Translations under genes and position numbers: made by a program
Virus record (IMG/VR): IMGVR_UViG_3300045284_000330
Location: 10,157 to 74,156 of that record
Length of the DNA stretch: 64,000 nt
Strand: one strand, 5' to 3'
Origin: a virus
The notes under the pieces: generated by a model
The model's database searches: none
What the model saw: only the letters and a program-made list of their open reading frames with translations
Told to the model about the DNA's origin: nothing
In this document: piece by piece, positions 1 through 9,249 of the stretch
How positions within the stretch are numbered: the stretch's first letter is position 1
Layout of the letters: every line of letters starts with the position of its first letter

Positions 1-308
1 GGGCACGGGGCGGCATCCTCCATCGCTTCGGCCGGATCGCTGTCCCAGTTCTCGGGAAGCAGCTCAGTCGCGCCGAGCGCCTTCGCCCGCTTCTTGATCC
101 AGGCCTTGGTCGCCGGCTTGTCCTCGGCGCGGCCGAACGCCTGAATGGCCCGTTTCAAATCGGCGCGATTCTCGATCGGGTATGCCCCCGAACCGGGCAT
201 CGCCTTGCCCTGCTTCGCGAGCGTCTCGCGCCGGGCCGCGGTGAATTCCTTGTCTCGGATTGGTCCCGGAGACTTCATCCGGGATGCTGGCGGCGAGCGC
301 TTGCTCAT
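1..308 (-). CDS. Head/prohead-associated protein, N-terminal part (DUF6582-like motif), runs off the left edge
   Basis: Hand translation from ATG at 308 (absent from the ORF track): MSKRSPP...EFTAARRETLAKQGKAMPGSGAYPIENRADLKRAIQAFGRAEDKPATKAWIKKRAKALGATELLPENW; motif typical of phage head-region proteins. Confidence 0.55.
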   Translation of the reverse strand, partial: MSKRSPPASRMKSPGPIRDKEFTAARRETLAKQGKAMPGSGAYPIENRADLKRAIQAFGRAEDKPATKAWIKKRAKALGATELLPENWDSDPAEAMEDAAPC

Positions 309-588
309 ATCCGGCTTTCCGCAGGCCCATTCCTGGGCACCGCGCGGAGCAAAACTGCCGGCATCGCGGACAGAAGTGACGCAAAACGAAAATTATGTCA
401 AATCGCGCAATCGGCGCTTAACAAGCACGGCTGGGGGAAAGAGGCGCGATGCGCCGACGCAGCACCGCCGCGCCGGCAAGTCACAGGGAGAAAAACCACA
501 AGAAGAGCAAGCATGCTAAGCCGCGCTTTCAAGATGTGTCAAGCGCGGGTAAAGTGCCGGCCAAGCAAGAGGCGATGCCGAAAGAGCC

Positions 589-1170
589 ATGAGCCTTCCG
601 CAGATCAAGGTCGAGGAGGCGCAAGACCTCCGCAAGCTTCGCCCCGACTGCATGATGTCGGCCCGGGAGCGCGCGATTCTCGTGACGCTTCTTCGGGAGA
701 TCAGCGCCAAAACGGTGATCGAGATCGGCGTCCATGAGGGCCGGTGCGCCGAAATCATACTGCTCAACGTCCCCACCATCGTCAGCTACGTCGGCATCGA
801 CGTCGAGCGCGGCTACGTGCCCAGCAAGCCGAGCCAGCGGATGGAAATTCCGGCAAAGCCGGGCGAATTCGCGGTCGATGATGTGCGCTTCACGCTGATA
901 ACGAGGCCCCGCGGGTCATTGGACCTGTCGCACTGCGACCTGCCGATGTGCGACGCGATGATTATCGATGGCGATCATGGGCGCGAGGCTGTCGTGCACG
1001 ACACCAAACTCGCGGCGCAGCTGGTTTACCCGTGCGGAACCACAATATGGCACGACTACCATCCCGATGGTGACCCGGTGCTGGACGTGAGCGCGATGCT
1101 GGAGCAATTCGCCATGGATATGCGGATCGAGCATATCCAGGACACCTGGCTCGCAATCATGAGGGCATGA
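589..1170 (+). CDS. Class I SAM-dependent methyltransferase (Methyltransf_24-like)
   Basis: VIEIGVHEG motif I, YVGID, IIDGDH, IWHDY. Confidence 0.8.
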   Translation: MSLPQIKVEEAQDLRKLRPDCMMSARERAILVTLLREISAKTVIEIGVHEGRCAEIILLNVPTIVSYVGIDVERGYVPSKPSQRMEIPAKPGEFAVDDVRFTLITRPRGSLDLSHCDLPMCDAMIIDGDHGREAVVHDTKLAAQLVYPCGTTIWHDYHPDGDPVLDVSAMLEQFAMDMRIEHIQDTWLAIMRA

Positions 1171-1180
1171 CGCCGCTGCG

Positions 1181-2290
1181 ATGGCTTCCATCCAAGTCCT
1201 GCACGGCGATTGCCTCGCGCTGCTGCCGACGCTCGCGGAAACCTCGATCGACGCTATCATCACCGATCCGCCATACGGAATTGGATTTATGGGCCGGAAC
1301 TGGGATCACGGCGTTCCCGGCGTTCCCTTTTGGGCGGCGATGCTGCGTGTCCTCAAGCCCGGCGGCCACCTCGTCGCCTTCGGCGGCGCGCGCACCTATC
1401 ACCGCTTGGCATGCGCGATCGAGGACGCCGGCTTCGAGATACGCGACCAGATCATGTGGCTGTACGGTAGCGGCTTTCCCAAAAGTCTCGACGTGGGAAA
1501 GGCGACGACGTTTCACGGCCCGACCTTATCCGGCACGCCTCTTGATGACGGCAAATGGCAAGGCTTTGGCACAGCGCTAAAGCCCGCCCACGAGCCGATC
1601 GTCCTCGCACGAAAGCCGCTCATCGGCACGGTGGCGGCCAATGTGCTGGCGCATGGCGTCGGGGCACTTAATGTAGATGCTTGTCGCGTCGAAAGTGACG
1701 GAACGCACGGAAGCGCTGATAGTGTCGGGAAAGGTGCAGGGCGCAGCACCGCAAATGTTAATGGTAATGCTTATGGGAATGGTTTGGGTGGCATTGTGGC
1801 TGCCCCACACCCTGCAGGCCGCTGGCCCGCCAACGTCATCCACGACGGCAGCGACGAGGTGATGGGGGCGTTTCCTGACTCGGCCCCATCGTCTGGACGG
1901 CCTCGCAACAACAAAGCAAGCATCGGCTATGGCGGCTCCGATGTTGATTTCCTAACGGTGGGATATGAAGATGCTGGAGGCTCTGCCGCCCGGTTCTTTT
2001 ATTCGAGCAAGGCCGACAAGGACGATCGCCTTTCCTCCAGGCATCCCACGGTGAAGCCAGTCGACCTGATGGCGTACCTCTGCCGCTTGGTGTGTCCTCC
2101 CGGCGGCCTAATTTTGGACCCCTTTGCCGGCAGCGGCTCGACCGGCATGGCCTGCATGCGGGAAGGCTTCGACGCCATCCTGATCGAGCGTGAGGCGGAA
2201 TATGTCGCGGACATCAGGCGCAAGATCGCGCATGTGTCGGGAGAGGATACGCCGCTGTTCACGAGGACCGCCGCATGCCCGCCGCGCTGA
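1181..2290 (+). CDS. DNA N6-adenine/N4-cytosine methyltransferase (beta class)
   Basis: TDPPY near the N-terminus; HPTVKP and LDPFAGSGSTG near the C-terminus. Confidence 0.92.
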   Translation: MASIQVLHGDCLALLPTLAETSIDAIITDPPYGIGFMGRNWDHGVPGVPFWAAMLRVLKPGGHLVAFGGARTYHRLACAIEDAGFEIRDQIMWLYGSGFPKSLDVGKATTFHGPTLSGTPLDDGKWQGFGTALKPAHEPIVLARKPLIGTVAANVLAHGVGALNVDACRVESDGTHGSADSVGKGAGRSTANVNGNAYGNGLGGIVAAPHPAGRWPANVIHDGSDEVMGAFPDSAPSSGRPRNNKASIGYGGSDVDFLTVGYEDAGGSAARFFYSSKADKDDRLSSRHPTVKPVDLMAYLCRLVCPPGGLILDPFAGSGSTGMACMREGFDAILIEREAEYVADIRRKIAHVSGEDTPLFTRTAACPPR

Positions 2291-2533
2291 TCACCTGGAA
2301 CGACGACCTGGTGGCCGATCTGCGCAGCAGATTCGCCGCCGAAGATGCCGCGCGGCAGCAGGCCCTGCTGCCTCATCAACATCACCAACGAGACCTGCCG
2401 GTGGCCGCTGTGGGACGAAGCCCCCGATGCGCCGCGGCTGTTCTGCGGAGCGGCCGACGCCAAGCTTCATGAGGGCATGCCGTATTGCGCCGAGCATGCG
2501 AGGCTCGCGTTCGGGCATGCACCACACCGATAA
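2275..2533 (+). pseudogene. GcrA-like regulator, split or internally deleted
   Basis: TWNDDLVADLRSRF (GcrA N-terminus-like) in the frame from 2275; CRWPLW..FCGA..PYCAEHARLAF (GcrA C-terminus) in the +1 frame 2345-2533. Confidence 0.6.
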
Positions 2534-2619
2534 TGCCAATGCATGCAATTCATTTCGACGCGATCCATTGCTAATCCAGGCCAAAAAATTGCTTTTCCGC
2601 GCCAGTCCACACACTCGGC

Positions 2620-2636
2620 GTTAAGCTCGGCTTGAC
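2620..2636. promoter_or_regulatory. Palindromic operator copy overlapping a TTGACG -35 box
   Basis: GTTAAG-CTCGG-CTTGAC; TTGACG-N17-TAACAC. Confidence 0.65.
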
Positions 2637-2694
2637 GACGGGGCTGCGCCCGCCTAACACCGCGGCATGGGGGGCTCAGCCAGGAAAGAGCCTC

Positions 2695-3003
2695 GTGAAA
2701 ACTATCATTCTACTTTTGCTAGCCACCATCCCAGCATCCGCGGCCGGCGGCATCATTTATCCGCCGCCAAACCCAAAGGATCAGTCCTGCTTCGCCAAGT
2801 CCGTTCGCCAATTCCCATGGGCCTCCCAGAACGCGCAGCAGCGCAGGGCACAAGCTGATTGCGAAGCCGCGAGCGACGACATCAACACGCTGGATCACCT
2901 AATTCGCGATCTGCCTGCCGGGACATGCGCCAGCATCGGGCGCGCTGGTCAGGGATGGGCCCCCGGCGGCAACGGATACATCTCCGTCTGCAAGAAAGGA
3001 TGA
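2695..3003 (+). CDS. Small secreted Cys-containing protein
   Basis: GTG start after AGGAAAGAG; signal peptide KTIILLLLATIPASA; 4 Cys. Confidence 0.55.
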   Translation: MKTIILLLLATIPASAAGGIIYPPPNPKDQSCFAKSVRQFPWASQNAQQRRAQADCEAASDDINTLDHLIRDLPAGTCASIGRAGQGWAPGGNGYISVCKKG

Positions 3004-3007
3004 GCGT

Positions 3008-3244
3008 ATGAAAACCATCGCGATAGCGCTTGCACTCGCAAGTGCCGCAACACCAGCAACCGCCGCCTGCACATTCTGGCCAGGACAGGACAACAGAGCC
3101 TGGGAAAACTGCATGCAACTGGAACGCCAGAAAATAGAACTGCAGCGGTTGCAAAGCCAGCAATGGCTCCAGGAACAGCAGCTCAGACAGATCCAACAGC
3201 AAAGCGCCAGACCGCAAAATTGCGGCTCAAGGCGGTGCAGCTAA
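3008..3244 (+). CDS. Small secreted Gln-rich protein
   Basis: Signal peptide MKTIAIALALASAATPATAA; Q-rich helix. Confidence 0.55.
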   Translation: MKTIAIALALASAATPATAACTFWPGQDNRAWENCMQLERQKIELQRLQSQQWLQEQQLRQIQQQSARPQNCGSRRCS

Positions 3245-3270
3245 ATATCCCGGGAGCCCGGAACCCGTCC

Positions 3271-3534
3271 ATGGAAATCCTGCTATTCCTCATCCTGCTC
3301 TGCCTCCTCCCCCGCGCGGTGTGGAGCGGACTCGGATGGATCATCATCTGCGTGCTGATCGCGTTTGTGGTCGCCGACCATGACACCAATAGCCAGAAGG
3401 GTGCGAAAAAAGAGGCCGAATTAAAGATCGCGCCGACGCAATGCTTCGAGCGGTTGCAAAACCCAACGCAAAAGCCGGAGAGATGCCCGCCAGCATGGCG
3501 CTACGACCCACAATCCGGCGCGTGGACACCGTGA
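3271..3534 (+). CDS. Small membrane protein
   Basis: MEILLFLILLCLLP..., two hydrophobic segments. Confidence 0.5.
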   Translation: MEILLFLILLCLLPRAVWSGLGWIIICVLIAFVVADHDTNSQKGAKKEAELKIAPTQCFERLQNPTQKPERCPPAWRYDPQSGAWTP

Positions 3535-3803
3535 CACTCATCATCATCCTGCTTTTTCTCATCCTGCTGTGCCTGCTGCCGGGCGCAGCATGGAGAGTCA
3601 TCTACGAAGTCTTGGGTGGACTCTTCTTCATCGGCTTGGTGACCTGGATATGGCCAGACTACACCGCCAATCCAGAGTTCATCGTCGGCACTCTGATCAT
3701 AATAGGCTTCAATGCGGTGCGAGCGATCAAGACCCCCAAAACAGCAAAAGTCGCCGTCACCATCGTTGAGGATCGCGGTCGCATATCCGGGCAAAACAAA
3801 TGA
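3531..3803 (+). CDS. Small membrane protein, N-terminus paralogous to the 3271 gene
   Basis: ILLFLILLCLLPGAAW; about three TM segments; GTGA overlap with the upstream stop. Confidence 0.5.
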   Translation: MTLIIILLFLILLCLLPGAAWRVIYEVLGGLFFIGLVTWIWPDYTANPEFIVGTLIIIGFNAVRAIKTPKTAKVAVTIVEDRGRISGQNK

Positions 3804-4174
3804 CCGATGCCATCCGAGTTGAAAACTCCACAGATGTCGACGTGACCGAATGGAATATGGCCGACGAGCTGAACCTCGACGAGTGGCTCAGCAAAACCAT
3901 CGGCAAGATGCTCGATGACAACCCCCCGATCCTGCAAATCCCCGTCGTCTCAGACAACGAGATTGCCGACCCGCTGACCATCCACATCTGCATCCCGCTG
4001 ACCAACGACGTTTGGGATGGGCCGACATGGTCGATATCCCTGGCCGACGTCCTGAAGCCATACCTTGACGACGCCCGCGAGGACGGAAGCTACAGCAAAG
4101 GCCTGTCGCGCCTCGCCGACGCGCTCGATGGCCTGAGCAAAACCATCCGGGAAACCCTGGCGGCCCCGCCATGA
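3800..4174 (+). CDS. Hypothetical acidic protein
   Basis: ATGA coupling, coding-like composition. Confidence 0.55.
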   Translation: MTDAIRVENSTDVDVTEWNMADELNLDEWLSKTIGKMLDDNPPILQIPVVSDNEIADPLTIHICIPLTNDVWDGPTWSISLADVLKPYLDDAREDGSYSKGLSRLADALDGLSKTIRETLAAPP

Positions 4175-4344
4175 CAACCGACCCCCGACGACCGCGCCAA
4201 GGCCGCAATGCGCCATTGCGTTAGGCGGCAGGTAGTGCGAAGGCATGATCAATTCGCCGCGGCAGCACAGCCGGCAGCCGTTGCATGGCACACGGCGCAG
4301 TTCGATCAAAGAGCCATCCAATCTCGTCATTCCGTCCAACGCGC

Positions 4345-4788
4345 TCACAGCGCAGGCGCCGACCCATGGCCATCCCCGCGACATCCGCGCCCGCGCCGCC
4401 GCGGCCGCGCCGGCAAGCTCTCCGCCGCAACCGGTATCACCCGCCGCAAAAACAACACCGCCGGCCCGGCAATGTGCGGCAGCCCATCAGGATCATCGTC
4501 GGGATGAAGCAGCAGATGCGCCGCCCGATAAAACCGCGTCGCCTCCTCGTTCACCGGCAAACGCCGCAGAACCGCCGTCTCGCCGTAGAACAGGTCAACC
4601 GTGTCGCGTTCTCGCGCACGCTCCCATTCCCCCGCGGGCGCGAGCACCTGGACGTGGTGCATCGCCATGCCGGATAAATGCGGCTCGACAACCAGCCGCA
4701 ACTCGGCCCTCGTCGGGAACTCCGGCAGATCAACTACATTGACGCTGGTTTCGCCCTCGACCGTCAGCACATTTAAAATCGTCTCCAT
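4345..4788 (-). CDS. Hypothetical phage protein
   Basis: METILNVLTVEG...LPVNEEAT...PHIAGPAVLF; GGAGG RBS upstream. Confidence 0.5.
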   Translation of the reverse strand: METILNVLTVEGETSVNVVDLPEFPTRAELRLVVEPHLSGMAMHHVQVLAPAGEWERARERDTVDLFYGETAVLRRLPVNEEATRFYRAAHLLLHPDDDPDGLPHIAGPAVLFLRRVIPVAAESLPARPRRRGRGCRGDGHGSAPAL

Positions 4789-5128
4789 CCGCGTGCCCCC
4801 TCCGCGGGCGCGCGCCCCCGCACGCCGCATAGCGTCCCGTGGCCGGCAGGAGGTCGGCATCCACGCACGTCGTGGAGGCTTCTGCGAGCAAGGTCCACGG
4901 AAAAGTTACTTCACAACGTCAACCGTTGGCCGTGCAAGACCGTTCGATGACGCCTCGATCAATTTTTAACGCAGATTTAATAGCTTTGGTCGTATTCGTG
5001 TGTGCACAACGTCCGTCAACCCCCCCGCCTGAGGGGTTGACGGCCGTTGCCGACTTCCTCGCCGCGCTCGACCCGGACTACACAAAAACGTTATGGAAAA
5101 CGAGGCATTGCCTTGAGACACTTGGCAA

Positions 5129-5446
5129 ATGCCCCGCCGCCCAAATACAATCCAGCAGCACAAGGTCGCCAAGCGCATTACCGCGCTGCGGCAAGCGCGC
5201 GGAATGACCAAAGCCGCCTTCGCCCGCAGCTGCGGGATCACACCGCAAGAGATCGGCAACTACGAGACCGGCGGCCGACTGCCATCAATACCCGCAGCAC
5301 ACAAAATCTGCCTCGCCCACGGCGTGAGCTTCGATTACATCTATCGCGGAATCCTCAAAGATTTGCCGGACGACCTGCGCGAGCGCATCCCAGCCCTGCT
5401 GGCACGGCCAAAAGAACCGCCGCGGCCACGGCGGGAAAAGCGGTAG
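5129..5446 (+). CDS. XRE-family HTH regulator
   Basis: RITALRQARGMTKAAFARSCGITPQEIGNYETGGRLP. Confidence 0.85.
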   Translation: MPRRPNTIQQHKVAKRITALRQARGMTKAAFARSCGITPQEIGNYETGGRLPSIPAAHKICLAHGVSFDYIYRGILKDLPDDLRERIPALLARPKEPPRPRREKR

Positions 5447-5509
5447 CCCCCGTCCTCAACCATCAAGCCATCCTTGACGCCACCGCACCCGCGGCGCAGG
5501 CTCTCCACC

Positions 5510-5758
5510 ATGACCCAAGTCCTGTTCGACAAACTCGCCTACATGGACCGCCTCACCCGGGCCGGCATCAACGAAACCCAGGCCCGCGCCCACGCGGAAG
5601 CCATGGAAGAGGCGCTGCGAGAAAGCGTGGCGACCAAGTCTGACGTCCGCGATCTCGAAAACAAGATCGAAATCGCCGTCCGCGATATGACAATCCGAAC
5701 CGGAGCAATGCTCATCGTCCTGTTCGGAGCACTCGCATCAATCAAATTCTTCGGATGA
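5510..5758 (+). CDS. DUF1640/CCDC90-like coiled-coil protein with C-terminal TM
   Basis: FDKLAYMDRLTRAGINETQARAHAEA...VATKSDV...MTIRTGAML; preceded by operator 5462-5478. Confidence 0.75.
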   Translation: MTQVLFDKLAYMDRLTRAGINETQARAHAEAMEEALRESVATKSDVRDLENKIEIAVRDMTIRTGAMLIVLFGALASIKFFG

Positions 5759-5959
5759 ACGCTGAAACCGATCCGGGTCACGCTCGATCAACTCCCGCAT
5801 TTGACGATCCGCTTCAATGAAGAATTCCGTGATATCCAGAATCCCTCGGAGTAGCGCCACGCCCTTGACTTGGGCTAGTCGCACCTCGATCTCGCGGCGC
5901 AGCTCGACGCGCTCGATCACCTTGTCAGCCTGAATATCTGCACCCATCGCGCATGGCCC

Positions 5960-6229
5960 TCAGCGCCACCGGTCTCGCTCGGCAGCGTCTTCGTCTTCCT
6001 TCAAGCAAGCGTCGCACACGGCATTATCCGGCACCGGCTCCTCAAAGTGCGGCCACTCCCAAACGACATGACAGCAGAAAGCGCAGATCGGGAACGTCAC
6101 CGAATGTGGTGGCGACAACCTTTTGTAGCTTCCATCTTTCCACCCAATCGGGGAGTCAAAATCATCAAACAGCGGACCACGCCAGCATTTGGCTTTCGTT
6201 TCATCATCGCGTTTTGGTGGCGTGTACTT
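5960..6229 (-). CDS. Hypothetical Cys-cluster protein
   Basis: MKYTPPK...CAFCC...CDAC. Confidence 0.35.
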   Translation of the reverse strand, partial: KYTPPKRDDETKAKCWRGPLFDDFDSPIGWKDGSYKRLSPPHSVTFPICAFCCHVVWEWPHFEEPVPDNAVCDACLKEDEDAAERDRWR

Positions 6230-6236
6230 CATCGCT

Positions 6237-6443
6237 TCATCTTCGGATGAGCGCATAACGCAGACGCTTCGAACATCCGCACGTCCGCACCAAACCACGC
6301 CGCAGCCCACACGTCGACGCGTACGTCTCCCCACCACACTCGCAACGGCAGCGCCAAATGATGTGCTTGTGCGCGTCAGCGCCATCCCGCCCAACCACAG
6401 TCAAACAGCCAAACCGCTGGCCGCGTAAATCAGCACGAGGCAT
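6237..6443 (-). CDS. Stand-alone N-terminal domain of the AP2/HNH-associated family
   Basis: DLRGQRFGCLTVV...WRCRCECG...LRRG..TCGC. Confidence 0.65.
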   Translation of the reverse strand: MPRADLRGQRFGCLTVVGRDGADAHKHIIWRCRCECGGETYASTCGLRRGLVRTCGCSKRLRYALIRR

Positions 6444-6716
6444 CCAAATCACACACCCGAAATAGCCCAGCCCGCAGCCGCCCCTACGGCAGTGCCAGCT
6501 GCGGGCCGACTGAACCATCCCGCGCTGCCGGGCGAAAACGAGATGGCCAAAACACCCCTACACGATTTGTGATGCCCAGGCTATTGCCTCCCACACGCAC
6601 GACAAGCGGCAGCGGTCATGCTTGCCGTGCAGGCATGCCGTCGAAAGATAGTCGTGGGGATCGGCTCTCGTCAGACGCTCGATCTCGTCGGCGCCAATCA
6701 TAATGCTCCTCCGGGC

Positions 6717-6947
6717 CTACAGGTTGAACACCTTGACGAAGATGGCGCCGACCGCCGCACCCGCCGCAAAGACGGTGGCGGCCGCTGTGGCGCCAGCAAA
6801 CACCGCCAGCCATGGCGCAATCCTGATCTCTTGCCTCAACCGGCCGGCTTGAGCCTGATTTTTATGAATGTCGGCCAACATCTGATCGATGCGCGTAACT
6901 TGTTCCCGCACATCGAGTGACGGCATTTCGTCAGAAAACGTTGTCAT
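6717..6947 (-). CDS. Small coiled-coil protein with TM
   Basis: RIDQMLADI...APWLAVFAG..VFAAGAAVGAIFVKVF. Confidence 0.6.
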   Translation of the reverse strand: MTTFSDEMPSLDVREQVTRIDQMLADIHKNQAQAGRLRQEIRIAPWLAVFAGATAAATVFAAGAAVGAIFVKVFNL

Positions 6948-7011
6948 CCCACATCACTAGCCAATAAAGCCAAGCTTGACAACCGCGGCAGGCGCGGCGT
7001 TATTGGCGCCC

Positions 7012-7239
7012 ATGGCCGACGTGACCCTCGAATTTCTCGCACGCCAATCCGAACGCATCCTGGATGAGCTTGCCGCCGCCCGCGCGGATCGCGCGCAAAT
7101 CCTGAACGAAATGGCGACCATCCGCGAGGATATCGAAATCATGTCCGCCATGCTGCGGCGCATGGAAAGTTGGATGCGTCGCACAGACGACAGGGTGCGA
7201 CGGCTCGAGGACAGAGTACCACCACGGCCACCACTATGA
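7012..7239 (+). CDS. Small coiled-coil protein, probably leaderless
   Basis: MADVTLEFLARQSERILDEL...RVRRLED; TTGACA-N17-GTTATT-N7-ATG. Confidence 0.65.
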   Translation: MADVTLEFLARQSERILDELAAARADRAQILNEMATIREDIEIMSAMLRRMESWMRRTDDRVRRLEDRVPPRPPL

Positions 7240-7507
7240 GGACCAGCCTCGACCAGCCACCGCAACGCAACTTTATTGCGCATAGCCGAAATCGCACGTA
7301 GGAAGCCCGCCCATGCGTTTTGCCTCGGGGGGGCTGTTCAGGTACCGGCCACGGCGTTTAGGCCATCAGGCGAGGCTCCAGGCGCGGGCCGACACTATCC
7401 TGGGGATTGGGGACTGCTACGGCGGCGTTGGGCGGGCTGACACGCCGCACATCGGCGGCGCCACGGCGCCGGAATCGTCGCCATGACCGCGTTCACGTCT
7501 TCGGCCA

Positions 7508-7708
7508 TCACCTGAATCCTTCGATCCACCGGCGCACGCCAGCGCTGTCACCGCGGGCAGCCGTCATCATGCCGACCACCATCAGAGCCGAGTCATTGGG
7601 CGCATTCTCGACCTTGTTCAGATCGGAACCCATCGACGCGACTGCATTTACCAGATCGCCGCGATCGAGGTATTCGAGCGCCCGCTGCTTGCATTGCTCC
7701 AGCGTCAT
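7508..7708 (-). CDS. Phage hypothetical protein
   Basis: CKQRALEYLDRGDL.NAVASM.SDL.K...VRRWIEGF. Confidence 0.55.
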   Translation of the reverse strand: MTLEQCKQRALEYLDRGDLVNAVASMGSDLNKVENAPNDSALMVVGMMTAARGDSAGVRRWIEGFR

Positions 7709-7739
7709 TGCTTGGTCTCCACTTCCGCCATTTGCTCGG

Positions 7740-8366
7740 CTAGAATCTCGCACCAATTCGCGCACGGTCTTTCTGCAGGTCGGCGGCGCTCACCCGACCC
7801 CGCGGACGCGTCAGCCCGCCCAACACCCGCCAGATCGTGGCCTCGCCGCACTCGTAATCACGCGCCAGCATCGCCAGCGTCTCACCCGCCGCATAACGCT
7901 CGGCAATCCGCCGACGCTGACCGGCATCGAGGAGCGACTTGCGCCCGAACTGCTTGCCCTGCGCCTTCGCCCGCTTGATGCCCTCGTCGCAGCGCGCCCG
8001 AATGAGCTTGCGCTCGAACTCGGCCATGCCCCCCATGATCGTCAAAATCAGCTCGCCATGCGGCGTCGTGGTGTCCAGCCACGGATCCTCGAGCGCCTTG
8101 ATGTGCGCACCAGCCGCCTTGATGGCGTCAAGCAGCGAAAGCAGGTCGCGGATCGAGCGCGCCAGCCGATCAAGCCGCACCGTCACCAGCGTGTCGCCCG
8201 GCTCCAGCGCCCGGATCGCCTTGTCGAGAGCATGCCGACCGTCTGTCGACTTGCCCGAGGCCTTCTCGCTGAAAACCTTGGTGCAGCCGGCGGCCGTGAG
8301 CCGCTCGACCTGGCCGTCATAGTCCTGGCCCGTGGATGAAACGCGAGCGTAGCCGATCGTGGTCAT
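7740..8366 (-). CDS. Small serine recombinase (resolvase/invertase, C-terminal HTH)
   Basis: IGYARVSS catalytic motif, LDRLARS, AEFERKLIRAR, GKQFGRK followed by an HTH. Confidence 0.95.
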   Translation of the reverse strand: MTTIGYARVSSTGQDYDGQVERLTAAGCTKVFSEKASGKSTDGRHALDKAIRALEPGDTLVTVRLDRLARSIRDLLSLLDAIKAAGAHIKALEDPWLDTTTPHGELILTIMGGMAEFERKLIRARCDEGIKRAKAQGKQFGRKSLLDAGQRRRIAERYAAGETLAMLARDYECGEATIWRVLGGLTRPRGRVSAADLQKDRARIGARF

Positions 8367-8389
8367 GGTGTTTCTTCCCGCCTTTTACC

Positions 8390-8728
8390 ATCTCCGGGGG
8401 CCGGGAAGGGATCGGGTGGGCGGTCCGTGGCTCCTGTTCCAACCGAGTGTTTGGCGTACTGTGCGGCTTGCGCCCGGTTCTGCCTCAGCGGCGTGTTGAC
8501 AGTTTGCGATGGCCGCCCGCCCGATCCCTTCGTCTTGCCCTACAGGGCCTTCCCAACTCTGTTCTGAAACTCCGGGGACGGTTCGGTGAACGGGTGATCT
8601 GAGGGCTTTCGCCTAGGACATCCGTTGCAGCGTATCGCGTCTGCAACAATGGACCTCACACCCGCTCACCGAACCTTCTTACCGCTCGCCCGCCGCTACC
8701 GGGCATTCCCAGCTCTGTTCTGAAACTC
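8390..8728 (-). repeat. Two tandem units, each a 28-bp conserved repeat plus a long hairpin, upstream of the recombinase
   Basis: Repeats 8545-8572 and 8701-8728 (26/28 identical); inverted arms 8405-8425/8511-8531 and 8580-8596/8659-8675. Confidence 0.7.
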
Positions 8729-8868
8729 TATAATATGAAATATAAAACACAAGGCAAATCAAGGTCAAGCACTATTTTTCAGAAATTGTACATTTTGGGT
8801 GATTGCGCGAAGTCCAATAAAGCCGTGCTTGACAACCGCAGCAGGCCGCTCGCAGGGTACGACACCAG

Positions 8869-9084
8869 ATGGAGCCCGCGATGACAGAACGAGAAACCGT
8901 TGAAATCCTGCGACTAATCGAGGAAACGCGGAAGTTCACGGCCGAACAGCACAAGCTCATCGCCGAGGCCAGTAAGTTCCGCATGGAGCGATGGCTCAAT
9001 CCGGTGATCGTCATATTCGGCGGCCTCGGCGCGTTCACCGCGAGCTGGGCTGCCGTCAGCGCACTCCTGCACATCGCGAAGTAG
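8869..9084 (+). CDS. Small coiled-coil protein with TM
   Basis: RLIEETRKFTAEQHKLIAEASKFRMERWLNP plus hydrophobic tail; operator at 8817-8833. Confidence 0.6.
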   Translation: MEPAMTERETVEILRLIEETRKFTAEQHKLIAEASKFRMERWLNPVIVIFGGLGAFTASWAAVSALLHIAK

Positions 9085-9102
9085 GCCTCGGGGAATGATG
9101 CA

Positions 9103-9249
9103 ATGGCCACGATGGCCGCGTATGAAACTCGTTTCGCCTCACTGGAGGTGAAGATGGAGCGCATCGACGGCAGGATCACGCTGATCCAGTGGATGCTGGC
9201 GCTATTAATCGGCGGTGTCGCCAGCCTTGTCGTCAAGGCGTTCGCCTAA
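9103..9249 (+). CDS. Very small coiled-coil protein with TM (DUF1640-like fragment)
   Basis: Hand translation YETRFASLEVKMERIDGRITLIQWMLALLIGGVASLVVKAFA. Confidence 0.5.
   Translation: MATMAAYETRFASLEVKMERIDGRITLIQWMLALLIGGVASLVVKAFA

Noticed and set aside
7740-8366. Tail-fibre invertase (Gin/Cin-type) system or Tn3 transposon
   Set aside because: No adjacent fibre genes or transposase, and no inverted crossover pair around coding DNA was found
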